NCBI GenBank assembly: GCA_000004695.1
Contig: CM000152.2
Coordinates: forward strand, 3,968,001 to 4,032,000
Reading direction: 5' to 3'
Origin: Dictyostelium discoideum
Lineage: Eukaryota
DNA length: 64,000 nt
This document shows positions 36,609 through 50,130 of the stretch, piece after piece (position 1 is the stretch's first letter; each line of letters starts with the position of its first letter). The position numbers and the translations under genes were made by a program. The notes under the pieces are model-generated. The model saw only the letters and a program-made list of their open reading frames with translations, did no database searches and was not told the origin of the DNA.

Positions 36609-37342
36609 CACACACAACATATATTATTAAAATTCATAAATCAAAGAATTATATTATATATATATAAATAAATAAATTGTATATTATATATATAATTATA
36701 TAAATATTATTTTTAATTTTAGTAAATATATATTTATTTTTTTTTTTTTTTATTAAATTAAAAAAAAAAAAAAAAACTTAAAAATCAAAACTGGATTCTT
36801 CAGTAAATAATAGTAACATTAATAACAATAATAATAATAATAATAATAATAGTATTAATAGTGATACAACAACACCAACAACATTAAAAAGGAGTGGAAG
36901 TATTGGTAATAGTAGAAAAAGAATTAGCTCATTAGGGGATTCATCATCATCATCATCATCTTATTATCATTCTTCATCATTCCATCAAAGTACACATAAT
37001 AATAATAATAGTAATAATAGCAGCGGCAACAATAGTGGCAGCGGCTTTATAAATACAGAAATAGTAGAATCAAAATTAAAAAGTTTAAATAAGAATAAGA
37101 ATATAGGAGGTGGTGACGTTGTTAATGCTACTGAAGACAACGTAAACCAAGATAATTTAAATATTAATAGTAGTGGTAGTGAAAGTAGCAGTAATAGTAA
37201 TAGTAATAGTGGTAGTGAAGATAATAGTAACATCTTTAGTAATAATATAAGTAATAGTAATAACAATAATAATAATAACAATAATAATAATAATAATAAT
37301 AACATTAGTAGTAGTGGTAGTAGTAGTGGTGGTAAAAATAAA

Positions 37343-38768
37343 ATGGGATCAAATAATATAAATTATGAAGATTATAATGGATCAACCATATTTACATCAT
37401 CACATTTATTAGAGGATAGTATGAATGATAATGATATTTATCAACCATTAACAGAGTCAAACTTTTATAAAATTTATGAAAATCATTTATCATCAGTTCC
37501 AAAAAAAAGATGTATGTTATCAAATAAATATATATATATATATATATATTTTATAATTAAAACTCATGCATCAAATTATTAATTTTAATTTTTATTTTAT
37601 TAGTTGTTTATTTATTTCCAGTTTGGTTAGAAGAGAAATTAAAAGTTTTTGATGATCCAATAATTAGGTTATGCCAAAGTTATACTGGTAAACCAATGTA
37701 TTATTTTAGTTTATTTATAACGGCATTAGTTTCTGTAGAGATTGCAATGATAGCACCATTTTTTTTATATATTTTGGGACAGGATACATTGGCGACCGAG
37801 TTTACCTATTTAGCATTGTTATTGTCATTGGTTTCACAGATACCTAAACGATTTTTATGGAGATTTAGACCCTACATGGTGAAGAGAGCAAAAACCGTAA
37901 AGAAGGATATGACCTCTTCTTTCCCATCACGTGCCGTAACGTGTGCGGTAGTGTATAGCTATGCAATCATTTGGATAGTGACCTACTATGACGATTATGA
38001 TATTACAGTGGTACGATGGTGGATGCCATTGTTATTTATAGGTTCAATTTTATTATCAAGTTTTGCACGTATCAACCTCGGTGTACACTATCCCTCCGAT
38101 TGTGTTGGTGGTGTCATTCAGGGTACATTGGTTTGTGTGATTGGTACAGCTTTTAGAAAGATCGATATATTAGGTTGTCGTTCTTGTTGGGATGAAATGT
38201 GTTATGCTCCAATTAATTCGGCTCAAGAAATCACTTTCTCGCATTTGAACCGTTTGAATTTCATAATGTTGGTGGCCTTGTTATTGATATTTTTAATTAT
38301 ACCAATCGTTTCCGTTATGAAACCTGTCGATTTTTGGTCAAAATGTGATCGTGTTTATGGTATGCTTTTCCCTGCTATAGCTTTTCAATTATTATTACTT
38401 TGCCCAAGTTCTTATCGTCTAAATGGTTCCTTATCAAAACCTTCCACACCTCATTGGTATTCTTTTGTTTTTGGTGGAATTTTAGCTTTATGTGCAACTG
38501 TAAGTGTTTTTATTAATTTATTAATTTATTTTATTTATTTATTTATTTATTTATTTGTTTCTCTAATAATTATTAATCATAATTTTTTTTATTTTTTTTA
38601 TTTTTTTTATTTTTTTTATTTTTTTTATTTTTTGGATAATCCATAATTAATCAGTTAATACCAGCAAAAACAAAAATACCACCAAAGTATTCAATTGTAA
38701 CTTTTTGGATATTATTTTTATCATTATCAATTTCCTTATTTTCTTGGCGTTTATCTCAAATAGGTTAA
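37343..38768 (+). CDS. PAP2-superfamily (type 2 phosphatidate phosphatase / lipid phosphate phosphatase-like) membrane protein. Exons 37343..37511, 37622..38499, 38655..38768.
   Basis: PAP2 motif 1 KRFLWRFRP (KxxxxxxRP). Motif 3 SFARINLGVHYPSDCVGGVIQG (SRxxxxxHxxxD). Motif 2 reads SFPSRAVT where PSGH is expected. Multiple TM helices. Donors GTATGT (37512) and GTAAGT (38500); acceptors ..TTTCCAG (37620-21) and ..AATCAG (38653-54). The start was chosen as the first in-frame ATG in an A-rich context; the upstream low-complexity in-frame stretch 36782..37342 lacks an ATG. Confidence 0.7.
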
Positions 38769-39009
38769 ATAAAAAAAAATAAATAAAAAATTGAAATAAA
38801 TAATAAAAAAAATAAAAAAATAATTAAAAAATAAAAAAAAATAAAAAAGTAATGTTAACTTCAATTGTCTGATCAGGGTTGTTGTTAACATTTTATTTAT
38901 TTTTATTTTTAGTTTTTTTATTTTCATTTTTATTTTTTTTTTTATATTTTTGAGTCAATATTTTTGAGTCAATGTTTTTATTTTTTTATTTTTTTTTCTG
39001 AATTGACAC

Positions 39010-39040
<31 letters not shown>

Positions 39041-39756
39041 CACATCACTGTTACGAATCCTAAAATTATCAATTTTGACTCACCTTTAAAAATGACACAA
39101 TCTTTAATTTTTAAAAAAAAAAAAAGTATCACCATTTATCAAGCATTTGCATACATTTTTTAACTAAAATTTAATATTAAATATAGAATTTTCGGGTTAT
39201 GTTAATACACAAAAAAAAAAAAGAGTCACTGGTAGATAAAAAGAAAAAAAAAAAAAAAAAAATATGTAATATTTTATATCGTTCACATCTGATAAAAAAA
39301 AAATAAAAAATAAAAAAAAAAAAATAAAAATAAAAATAAATAATAATAAAAAAAATAATTAATAAAAATAAAAATAAAAACAAAAATAAAAAATTAATAA
39401 AAATAAAATAAAAAAATAAAAAAAATAATAAAAATTATTAATAAAATCTTACATAATTTTAAAATGGTTTTGGATGGTGATTATTTCCCATTTGCAGTTT
39501 TTTTTTTTTTTTTTTTTTTTTTAATTTCTTTTCGGCTGCCGGAGGTTATTTTTTTATAAATTTTTTTTTTTAATTTTTTTTTTTTCTTTTTTCTACTTTT
39601 CATAAAATAATTCATTTTTGTTTTTTTTTTTTTTTTTTTTTTTTTTTCATTTTCTAAACAAAAGTTATTAATAACCAATTACTGTATTGGACATTATTTA
39701 TTTTTCAATTATTTTTATATATTTTCTTGTATTATATACCTCCTCTCTCAATTAAA

Positions 39757-41126
39757 ATGGATCCAACAACATCATTCCCAAAAGATAAAATTAAAATTTT
39801 ATTATTAGAAAATATTCATATTGCAGCAATTAAACAATTCGAGGAACAAGGTTTTCAAGTAAGTAAAATAAAAATAAATAAAAAGTTAAACAAATAAGTT
39901 TATTATAATTTATTAATTTTTTTTTTTTTTCCTAATTTTCATTTTTTTTTTTTTTTTTTTTGGTTTAAATTAAATTTTTAATTTAAACAATTTTTTTTTT
40001 TTTTTTGGATTTTTTTTTTTTTTTGTTTAAATAATTATTTTTTTTAGGTTGAATCAATTTCATCATCATTACCAGAAGATAAAATAATTGAAAAGATTAA
40101 AGATGTTCATGTATTAGGATTAAGAAGTAAAACTAAAGTTACAGAAAAGATATTATCAGAAGCCAAAAGATTATTAGCAATCGGATGTTTTTGTATTGGT
40201 ACAGATCAAGTTGATTTAATTGAAGCAGAGAAAAGAGGTGTACCAGTTTTTAATTCACCATTTTGTAATAGTCGTTCAGTAGCAGAGTTGATAATTTGTG
40301 AAATCATTACACTTTCAAGAAAATTAGGAGATAGATCAACTGAGATGCATAATAAAATTTGGAGAAAGGAGTCGGCCAATTGTCATGAAATTCGTGGTAA
40401 AACATTAGGTATCATTGGTTATGGTCATATTGGTAGCCAATTATCAGTATTGGCAGAGGCAATGGGCATGAGTGTACTCTACTACGATATCGCCCGTCGT
40501 CTTCCATTGGGTAATTCTAAAATGTGTCCAGATATGAAAACACTATTGGAGAATAGTAATTTCGTCACTTTACATGTACCAGATACAAAAGAAACCGTTG
40601 GTTTAATTGGTGAAGAGGAGATTAATACCATGAAAAAGGGAAGCTACCTTTTGAATGCTTCACGTGGTAAAGTAGTTCAAATTCCACATCTTGCAAACGC
40701 TTTAAGATCTGGTCATTTGGCTGGTGCCGCTGTTGATGTTTATCCAGAGGAGCCAAGTGCAAATTGTAAAGATTGGGAATGTGAACTCCAAAAATGTCCA
40801 AATACAATTTTAACTCCACATATTGGTGGTAGTACTGAAGAAGCCCAAGAAGCAATCGGTTTAGAAGTTAGTGATCTCATCGTTCAATTCATCAATAGTG
40901 GTGCATCTGCTGGTTCTGTCAATTTCCCTGAAATCGCTTTACCAGTTTCACCTTCAACTCACCGTATTCTTAATATTCATAATAACAAACCTGGTGTTTT
41001 AAGAGTAATTTAAATTATTTTTAATTTTCTTTTTTTTTTTCTTTTTTTAATAATCTATTTATTTATCTATCTATTTATCTATCTATTTATTTATTTATTT
41101 ATCTATCTATCTTTCTCCTTCCATCC

Positions 41127-41165
<39 letters not shown>

Positions 41166-41455
41166 AAAGGAAATTCAAAATATTAATATGTAATTATAAT
41201 CATATAATCATTTTATTACGTTTGTATATATTTAAAATTATAATTTTTTATTTTTATTTTTTATTTTTTATTTTTTTTTTATTATCCTAGGATATCAATA
41301 ATATTTTATCAGAATTTAATGTTTCAGCACAAGTACTCTCAACAAGAAAACAAATTGGTTATATTATTGCAGATGTAGATTCAGAAGCATCTAAAGAGAT
41401 TAAAAAGAAAATTTCTTCTTTACCAAATTCAATCAAAACAAGAGTACTTTATTAA
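39757..41455 (+). CDS. serA: D-3-phosphoglycerate dehydrogenase (serine biosynthesis), E. coli SerA-type with a C-terminal ACT domain. Exons 39757..39858, 40048..41004, 41291..41455. About 407 aa.
   Basis: Collinear with E. coli SerA along its whole length: KDKIKILLLENIHIAAIKQFEEQGF (E. coli KDKIKFLLVEGVHQKALESLRAAGY); LAIGCFCIGTDQVDLIEAEKRGVPVFNSPFCNSRSVAELIICEII (E. coli VAIGCFCIGTNQVDLDAAAKRGIPVFNAPFSNTRSVAELVIGELL); NAD site GKTLGIIGYGHIGSQL; catalytic region HLAGAAVDVYPEEP..LTPHIGGSTEEAQEAIGLEV; ACT domain in exon 3 QIGYIIADVDSEASKEIKKKISSLPNSIKTRVLY (E. coli MGYVVIDIEADEDVAEKALQAMKAIPGTIRARLLY). Donors GTAAGT (39859) and GTAATT (41005). Confidence 0.85.
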
Positions 41456-41656
41456 GCTGTAACCATATAACCTCCACAAAAACATTTTATTAACCAATGA
41501 TATTATTTTTAGAAAAATATTAATTTCTCAAGACCACAATTGTAAAAAAAAAAAAAAAAAAATAAAATAATAGTAGTAATAAAATAGATAAATCAAATTA
41601 ATTTTAAAACCATATATATTTTTAATTTTTTATTTTTTTATTTTTTTATTTTTTTA

Positions 41657-43765
<2,109 letters not shown>

Positions 43766-44100
43766 TTTGGAGTGAATATAATATAAAAAGTTTTTTTTTT
43801 TTTTTCAGTGGGAAAAAATACTAGAAGTTTTTTTTTTTTTTTTTAAAAATTAAAAAGTGGAATTACTTTGAGTATTTTTTCCCCGCACTGTTTTTTTTTT
43901 TAAAAAAAAATTTAAAAATCCAAAAAATATCGAAAGTCTTTCCATTTTATTTTTGATTTTTTTTTTAATGGCGCAAACAAAGCCAAAAAAATAAAAACAA
44001 ACGATTTGTATAATTTAAATTTTTTATTAATAATAGAATTAATAAAGAAATAGTTTTTTTAAATAAATTAAATTGATATTTTAAACAATAATGAAAGAAA

Positions 44101-44491
44101 ATATATTTTATTAAACCTTTTAATTTTTATTTTTAGTTTTTAATTTATTTTTAGTTTTTGATTTATAATTATTTATTTATAAATGATATCATCTTCTTTT
44201 CAAAATGCCATAGTGCATAGATAAATCTTTCTTTCTCTGACATTTGATTTGAATTGATTCATTTTATTTGTTTAGAAATAATATTTAAATGATCAACCTT
44301 TCTTCATGATATAGTGCATAGATAAATCTTTCCTTTCTCTATCATTCGATTGGTATGTATTCATATATTATATTATCTAGATTATAATTAAATGTAAACC
44401 ATTTTTATTTGATAAAATTACTTTATAAAAAATAATATTAGAGTTAGATTTAAATTGTTATTTATTTATCTATTTATTTATTTGTTTTTTT

Positions 44492-44534
<43 letters not shown>

Positions 44535-44828
44535 ATCACTTTACCTTTTTTTTATTATACTTTTAACTGTCAATCAACTTTTATCTAAACCTTTTTAATT
44601 TTTAGAGTTAGATTTATTTTCTACTAGTCTTTTTTTTTTTACATTTGTATGAATGATTATTTTTTTTTTTTTTAAAAAAAGTTTCTATTTATACTTGATC
44701 ATTTTTCAATTTTTTAAATTATTTGAAATTAAAAAAAGGAAATTTTACTATTTAAAGTAAAATCTAATAGCCAAAAAGAAAATTTCCATATCTGGAAATA
44801 TTCAAAATAATGAAAATGGTAAAAGGGT
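44101..44828 (-). repeat. Non-coding repeat family, copy 3 (partial, about 730 bp, inverted relative to copies 1 and 2)
   Basis: The reverse complement of 44101..44828 matches the first about 750 bp of copies 1 and 2 (ACCCTTTTACCATTTTCATTATTTTGAATATTTCCAGATATGGAAATTTTC...), including both GAGAAAGGAAAGATTTATCTATGCACTAT cores. Confidence 0.6.
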
Positions 44829-44868
44829 ATTAATTTAATATATTCTTAGTTTTCTTAATAAAATTTAT

Positions 44869-44914
<46 letters not shown>

Positions 44915-45015
44915 TAAACAATTAAACAATTAAATTTGAGAAATAAAAAAATAATAATGATTTATTTAAAAAATTTGATTAATGGATTTAACTCGCAGAC
45001 AATTGTGAGAGATCA

Positions 45016-46101
45016 CTATGTATTAAATGTGCATTGGGGCACATTTGGTTGAATTAAATTCTTATTGTCGTATGATACATTTAAACAGTATAAGCTATTC
45101 TCTTTTAAGGCCAAAATAACTTCAGCAATATTTTGATCTGTGAACCTTAATAATTTATTTTGATTTTTTTTATAAGATTCACCACCTATTGTAAAATGAT
45201 TACCGAAATGGGGGAACAAATCGTTATCGTCATAGCTTTGAGCAGTATTAACAAAACGATTCCCATGTAGTTGAGAATTTCTAAATTGTTTCACCAAGAA
45301 AATGCTAGAGGGATCATTTGTTTCTTTAATGGTAAGGACAACTTGAAAACCACCACTTCTATCATATTCACTTGGTTTATTAGGGTTATGTGATCTTCCA
45401 GCCTTGAAATAATTGGAAAGTAAAAATAATTTATAAAAGCAGAGGCCAGCTATTTTACATTCCACACCATCAATTTTTCTAGCTATTGCTATTACTTCAC
45501 CTGATTTTGGAGGTTCGACTCTGTGTGGTTTCCCAACAAACTTAATCTCTGGTAGCGCCAGACTATAAATGTTTGGTTGGGGTCTAGGTTTTTTGTTTTT
45601 GCGATGACAACCATCGCCATCAGCTCGTTTACAACCTGTAATCGAACACTCTATGGTGACACTATTACCATAGCTAATTTTATAACCATTTAATTTTGTT
45701 TCAAAGCGATAGTAACGAAGCTTTTGAACAGAAAAATCTTTATTTGGTTCTATTGAAAATTTACCACCTTCAAACGAGATATCTTTTGGTTTTACGATCT
45801 TTGCAGTTATTTGTTCTACTGAATCTAAATCGGTTGACACAAAGAAAGTGAGTGTACTTGAATCTGTTAGTTGACTCTTAATCGGATTCCACCTCGAATC
45901 ATAAATTGTTAATTCATTGGTTGAGCCAAGCACTTGCCCATGGCCAAAGAAGGATCTTGAACTTTCTTCTAATTGTTGATTGCTAAAACCGGCCTTTAAG
46001 AGCTTCTTTTTAATACGTGATGAATAAGCATTTGCAAACTCGTCAAAATCAATACTCCATTGTATTAAATTACCTTCACCATTGGTAATTGGGATACCCA
46101 T
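45016..46101 (-). CDS. Unknown-function ORF, at least 362 aa from the first in-frame ATG. The frame stays open about 150 codons further upstream without an ATG. Codon usage is atypical for the host.
   Basis: Long ORF with no recognisable motif: MGIPITNGEGNLIQWSIDFDEF...SITGCKRADGDGCHRKNKKPRPQPNIYSLALPEIKFVGKPHRVEPPKSGEVIAIARKIDGVECKIAGLCFYK...YDDNDLFPHFGNHFTIGGESYKKNQNK...CTFNT*. It is enriched in codons Dictyostelium normally avoids (CCG, GCG, CTG, CGC, CGA, GGG, GGC, CCC, GTG, TCG, AGG). The far N-terminal F-rich part of ORF 45016..46560 is a translation of poly-T and is probably not coding. Confidence 0.45.
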   Translation of the reverse strand: MGIPITNGEGNLIQWSIDFDEFANAYSSRIKKKLLKAGFSNQQLEESSRSFFGHGQVLGSTNELTIYDSRWNPIKSQLTDSSTLTFFVSTDLDSVEQITAKIVKPKDISFEGGKFSIEPNKDFSVQKLRYYRFETKLNGYKISYGNSVTIECSITGCKRADGDGCHRKNKKPRPQPNIYSLALPEIKFVGKPHRVEPPKSGEVIAIARKIDGVECKIAGLCFYKLFLLSNYFKAGRSHNPNKPSEYDRSGGFQVVLTIKETNDPSSIFLVKQFRNSQLHGNRFVNTAQSYDDNDLFPHFGNHFTIGGESYKKNQNKLLRFTDQNIAEVILALKENSLYCLNVSYDNKNLIQPNVPQCTFNT

Positions 46102-46777
46102 CTCCTCAAGACCTAATGGAGGAGGAATAGGAGTAATTTCCTTTGAACGTGAGGTTGTATCTTCATTATTATTATTATTATTAACGACACCATCATTTCT
46201 TGAAAAGGTTTCCGTGGGCAAGCAAACTCGGACTATGGTCTCTAAATTTTCATCATTACTACTTTTCTTTTCTGAGACATCCTCAGGGCAATTATTTACT
46301 AAATTAAAATTATTTTTTGAAAAAAAAAAAAAAAAAAAATTTTTGTTATTTACTAAATTATTATTATTTTTTGAAAAAAAAAAAAAATAAAATAAAAAAA
46401 AAAAAAAAAACCTACTCATTCTTTTCACAAATCGGAAATTAAAAATAAAAAATAAAAATTTAATTATTAAAAATAAAAAATAAAAAAATTTAATTATTAA
46501 AAATAAAAAACAAAAAAAAAAAAAAAAAAAATAGGTGCAAAAAAAAAAAATACCATACAAATTTTGAGTTGAATATTTTTTTAAAATAAAAAAAAAAATT
46601 AATATTTTTTAAAATAATCATTTATTATTTTCTTTAAATAATAAAATATATATTTTATATTTCAATAAATTATTTTTTTATTTGGTCAAAAAAAAAAAAA
46701 AAAAAATTGACAAATTTAATATTCAACTGTTCTAATGATATATAATTTCTAGTAATTTTTGATTTATAATCATCAAA

Positions 46778-46850
46778 GGGGATGTAGCTCAGATGGTAGA
46801 GCGCTCGCTTAGCATGCGAGAGGTAAAGGGATCGATACCCTTCTTCTCCA
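46778..46850 (+). tRNA. tRNA-Ala (anticodon AGC), 73 nt; sequence identical to the copy at 25886..25958 but on the opposite strand
   Basis: GGGGATGTAGCTCAGATGGTAGAGCGCTCGCTTAGCATGCGAGAGGTAAAGGGATCGATACCCTTCTTCTCCA followed by TTTTTATT. Same AATCATCAAA 5' flank as the first copy. Confidence 0.9.
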
Positions 46851-46878
46851 TTTTTATTCCAATTAAATTTAGATCAAG

Positions 46879-46890
46879 TGTTCAATTTCT
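46879..46890 (+). promoter_or_regulatory. Candidate ex-B box 29 nt downstream of tRNA-Ala. It overlaps the target-site duplication of the TRE3 insertion.
   Basis: GTGTTCAATTTC, same spacing as the ex-B of the first tRNA-Ala. Additional GTTCAA-containing units (GAATTGTTCAAAATCT, twice) resume after the retroelement at 50131..50200. Confidence 0.45.
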
Positions 46891-46891
46891 T

Positions 46892-49800
46892 CACCTTTTC
46901 AAATAAATAAACATAAGAAAAGATGGATATTATCACCTGGTACTGCAAATGACCATGAAGCAATCAATATTATCAATCATTTAATAACTAATCACAATAA
47001 CACATCAATCAATCAATTTACAAATTGGTCAAAAGTAAAATCAAAAATTATTAAAACTCTAAAAAACTATCAATATAACAAAGACAAACAAACTCAACGT
47101 GCAAAACAAATACTATTAGAAAAAGCAGCAAAATTCAAACATCTTGAAGAACAATGCATCGCTGAATACAATATTATATGTAACAAAAACAAATTACATC
47201 AAAACCACACAAACATATTAAAAAAACATATAAATGGAGAAATACCTAGCAAGTATCTATCAGCAATACTAAACAAAAGATCAAAAGATGCAAAAATTGA
47301 ATCAATCCAATGTGGTAACATCATTACATCCGACCCCGACCAAATTGAAAATGTGTTTGTTGAATTCTACACAAATCTATATAGCTTACAAATATGTTGT
47401 CCAATTACTCACCAGCTCATGCTAAACACATGGCCAATTATAAAAAATGAATATTGGAATGGTTTAGACTCACCATTTATACAAGATGAAGTTGAAGCTG
47501 CAATTAAAACCTGTAACCCCAACAAATCACCCGGTCCAGATGGCGTTACAAATGCATTCTACATTAATCATTTAAACCAAGTTAAACCAATTCTCACTAC
47601 ATTATTCAACGATATACTAGAAAATCCTCACCACATCACAACAGAATTCACCGAAGGTCTTATACACACAATATACAAGAAAGGCAACCCCTTACTCATA
47701 TCAAATCGTCGTCCCATTACACTTCTTAACACTGATTACAAGATCCTCTCAAAAGTAATCAATGCACGTCTTCTGAGAATACTTCCTTTCATCATCAACA
47801 ACAACCAAACTGGTTTCGTACCCCACAGATTCATCATAGACAACATCATCAACATCAACGAATTAATAAACTACCTCAAATCTAAAAACCTCCCTGGTAT
47901 CATCACACTATTTGACTTCTTTAAAGCATTTGATTCTATCTCTCACAATAGCATTAAAAGAACATTAATTCATATTGGAATACCAATAAAATTAATAAAT
48001 TTAATCCACAAGCTATTATCTGACTCACAAGCAAAAATTTCAATTAATGGTAAAACGACCAGAAAATTCGATATTAAAAGAGGTGTAAAACAAGGTGACC
48101 CAATCTCAGCCACTTTATTTGTAATTGTAATTGAAATATTAGCAAGAACAATAAATGCAGACAATTCAATAATTGGATTACCAGTTTCACCCAATCCACA
48201 AATTAATATCAAATTTACCCAATTTGCAGACGACTCTACAACATACAACATCAACTACGAACAACAACAACAATCAATCAAACATTTCGATAATTTCTGC
48301 GCTTCAACATCATCATCTTTAAATTTTGACAAAAGTGCAATAATAGAAATCAACCCCCACAAAATCGCTGATAAACACATAATAAACAACATTCCACAAT
48401 CAAAAAGAATTCCAATAACCAAAAAAGATCAATCAGAAAGAGTTCTTGGCTATTTCTTTAATCATAATGGTTTACATAGGAAATTACCCGAAACAATGAA
48501 AACACTGATTAAATCATTAGTGCTATGGAAAACTAGTGGTACAACATTAAAAACAAAAACAACCATCATAAACACCTACTCACTATCACCAATAACATAT
48601 TTATCATACCTTGAAGAATTTACAAAAGATGAAGAAATTCAAATTAATAAATTAATCTCATGGTTTATGAATTCTCCCGCAAATTCTGAATCACCAACTC
48701 TCAATACCAATTCCATTGAAAACAACACATCAACCATCCATTCACGTGCAAAAATACCTTTGATGTGTTATGATAGATCATTAAAACCATTAAAAGAAGG
48801 TGGTTGGGGTATGTGGAATATACAATTACGACAAGTTGCTCAAAAGATTTGGATATACAACAGATTTTTACTAATGCATAAATCTGCAAACAATTCAATA
48901 TACATGATAAGTTGGATGGATCAAATCATCAACAAATCAATCTCTTCTCCATACCTTATAAAAATCAAAAAAGAATGGGAAAACTATGCAACTCAAATTG
49001 GACATCTAAAAGATAAAGTTCAAATCCTACAACCAATATTAACAAAAAACCAACCCTCTCAAACATTAAACACAAATAATATTTCACTACCACCAACACT
49101 CAAAGAAATCTACTCGACAATACTAAACAATCACCAATGCAAATCAAAAGACTATATTGGCAAGAAATATTCAGATCTACTTCTTACTTCGCACCAACAA
49201 TCAATACAACTATTATGGAAATACACATACGACCAACTTTTTGTCAAAATTCAAAAATTAAAAGATCCAAAAGGCCGAGATACAATGCAAAGATTCCATG
49301 CTAGATGTCTTCCGATTAATCATCTACACAACAAAGTTTGCCCCATTTGCAACAATGAAATGAATAATGATCCCTATGGTCATTTGTTTTTCAATTGTCA
49401 GCACACAATCAACTTCATTAACCACGACAAATTAAAATATTTTATATATAAAAATTGCAATGGAAACAAAAACTGGTCACTAACAAAAAACCAAACAACA
49501 AAATTATACACACTCATCTATAAACCACAAACAAACAACAAAGCATTTAAACCAGATCCAACTATCAATATTAATTTTCATTTTGCAGAAAACGCACAAT
49601 ATAAAAAATACAGGTTCAACTGGAATTATATAAACACAAATCTTGATCTAGTCAGAACACATGCATATTGGAACATAATCTCATTAGTTATTCACCAAAT
49701 ATGGATATGGTTATGCAAATCATTATTTGATATCAATATAACTCAATCAATTGACAATTGGAACAACCAAATAAACAACACAACACTAGATTATGATATA

Positions 49801-50130
49801 TTAAAATCAAAATGGCACAAGCTAATAAGATTGGAATATTCAAGAACATTATCAAACTTTAACCAATACTCAATTAAAAACAACCTCACAAAAACTCAAA
49901 AAGAAACCCAATGGTCCGAAACCATCAAAAAATTTAAAAAAGAATGGAGCATAAACACAAATGAACCAATTCCAACAATTACACCACCAATTAATTATTA
50001 ATTACCTAATCTAAAATAACATACCATTTTATATTCACAAAAACTAAAAAACCTAAAATAAATAAATAAAAATAACATACTAATTGTATACTATAATAGT
50101 TTATTTATATCAAAAAAAAAAAAAAAAAAA
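46892..50130 (+). mobile_element. 5'-truncated TRE3-type (tRNA-gene-targeted, L1-clade non-LTR) retrotransposon inserted about 40 bp downstream of tRNA-Ala, same orientation as the tRNA. It ends in a 23-nt poly(A) and is flanked by a 14-15 bp target-site duplication.
   Basis: TSD AGTGTTCAATT(T)CTT at 46877..46891 and 50131..50144. The internal ORF (46905..50001) carries the tail of the AP-endonuclease (RWILSPGTANDHEAI, matching L1 EN SDHSAI), the linker region (..IENVFVEFYTNLY) and the reverse transcriptase (KSPGPDGVTNAFY.., RPITLLNTDYKILSKVINARL, LFDFFKAFDSISH, KRGVKQGDPISATLF, QFADDSTTY). C-terminal Cys/His motif CPICNNEMNNDPYGHLFFNCQHT. Poly(A) at 50108..50130. Confidence 0.75.
46905..50001 (+). 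CDS. ORF2 fragment (C-terminal end of the endonuclease, reverse transcriptase, Cys-rich tail) of the TRE3-type retrotransposon
   Basis: See the mobile_element entry. The frame is continuous from 46905 to the stop at 49999-50001. Confidence 0.75.

Noticed and set aside
36782-37342. About 187-codon in-frame Asn/Ser-rich stretch upstream of the PAP2 gene as part of its CDS
   Set aside because: No ATG (or TTG/GTG) in the frame and nothing but low complexity. Kept out of the model but mentioned in the findings as an open question.
45800-46560. N-terminal 150 aa of ORF 45016..46560 (MYGIFFFCTYFFFFFF..FFFFSKNN..)
   Set aside because: Translation of T-homopolymers and of a 45-bp tandem DNA duplication, so not credible as protein. 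Only the part downstream of about 46300 looks coding.
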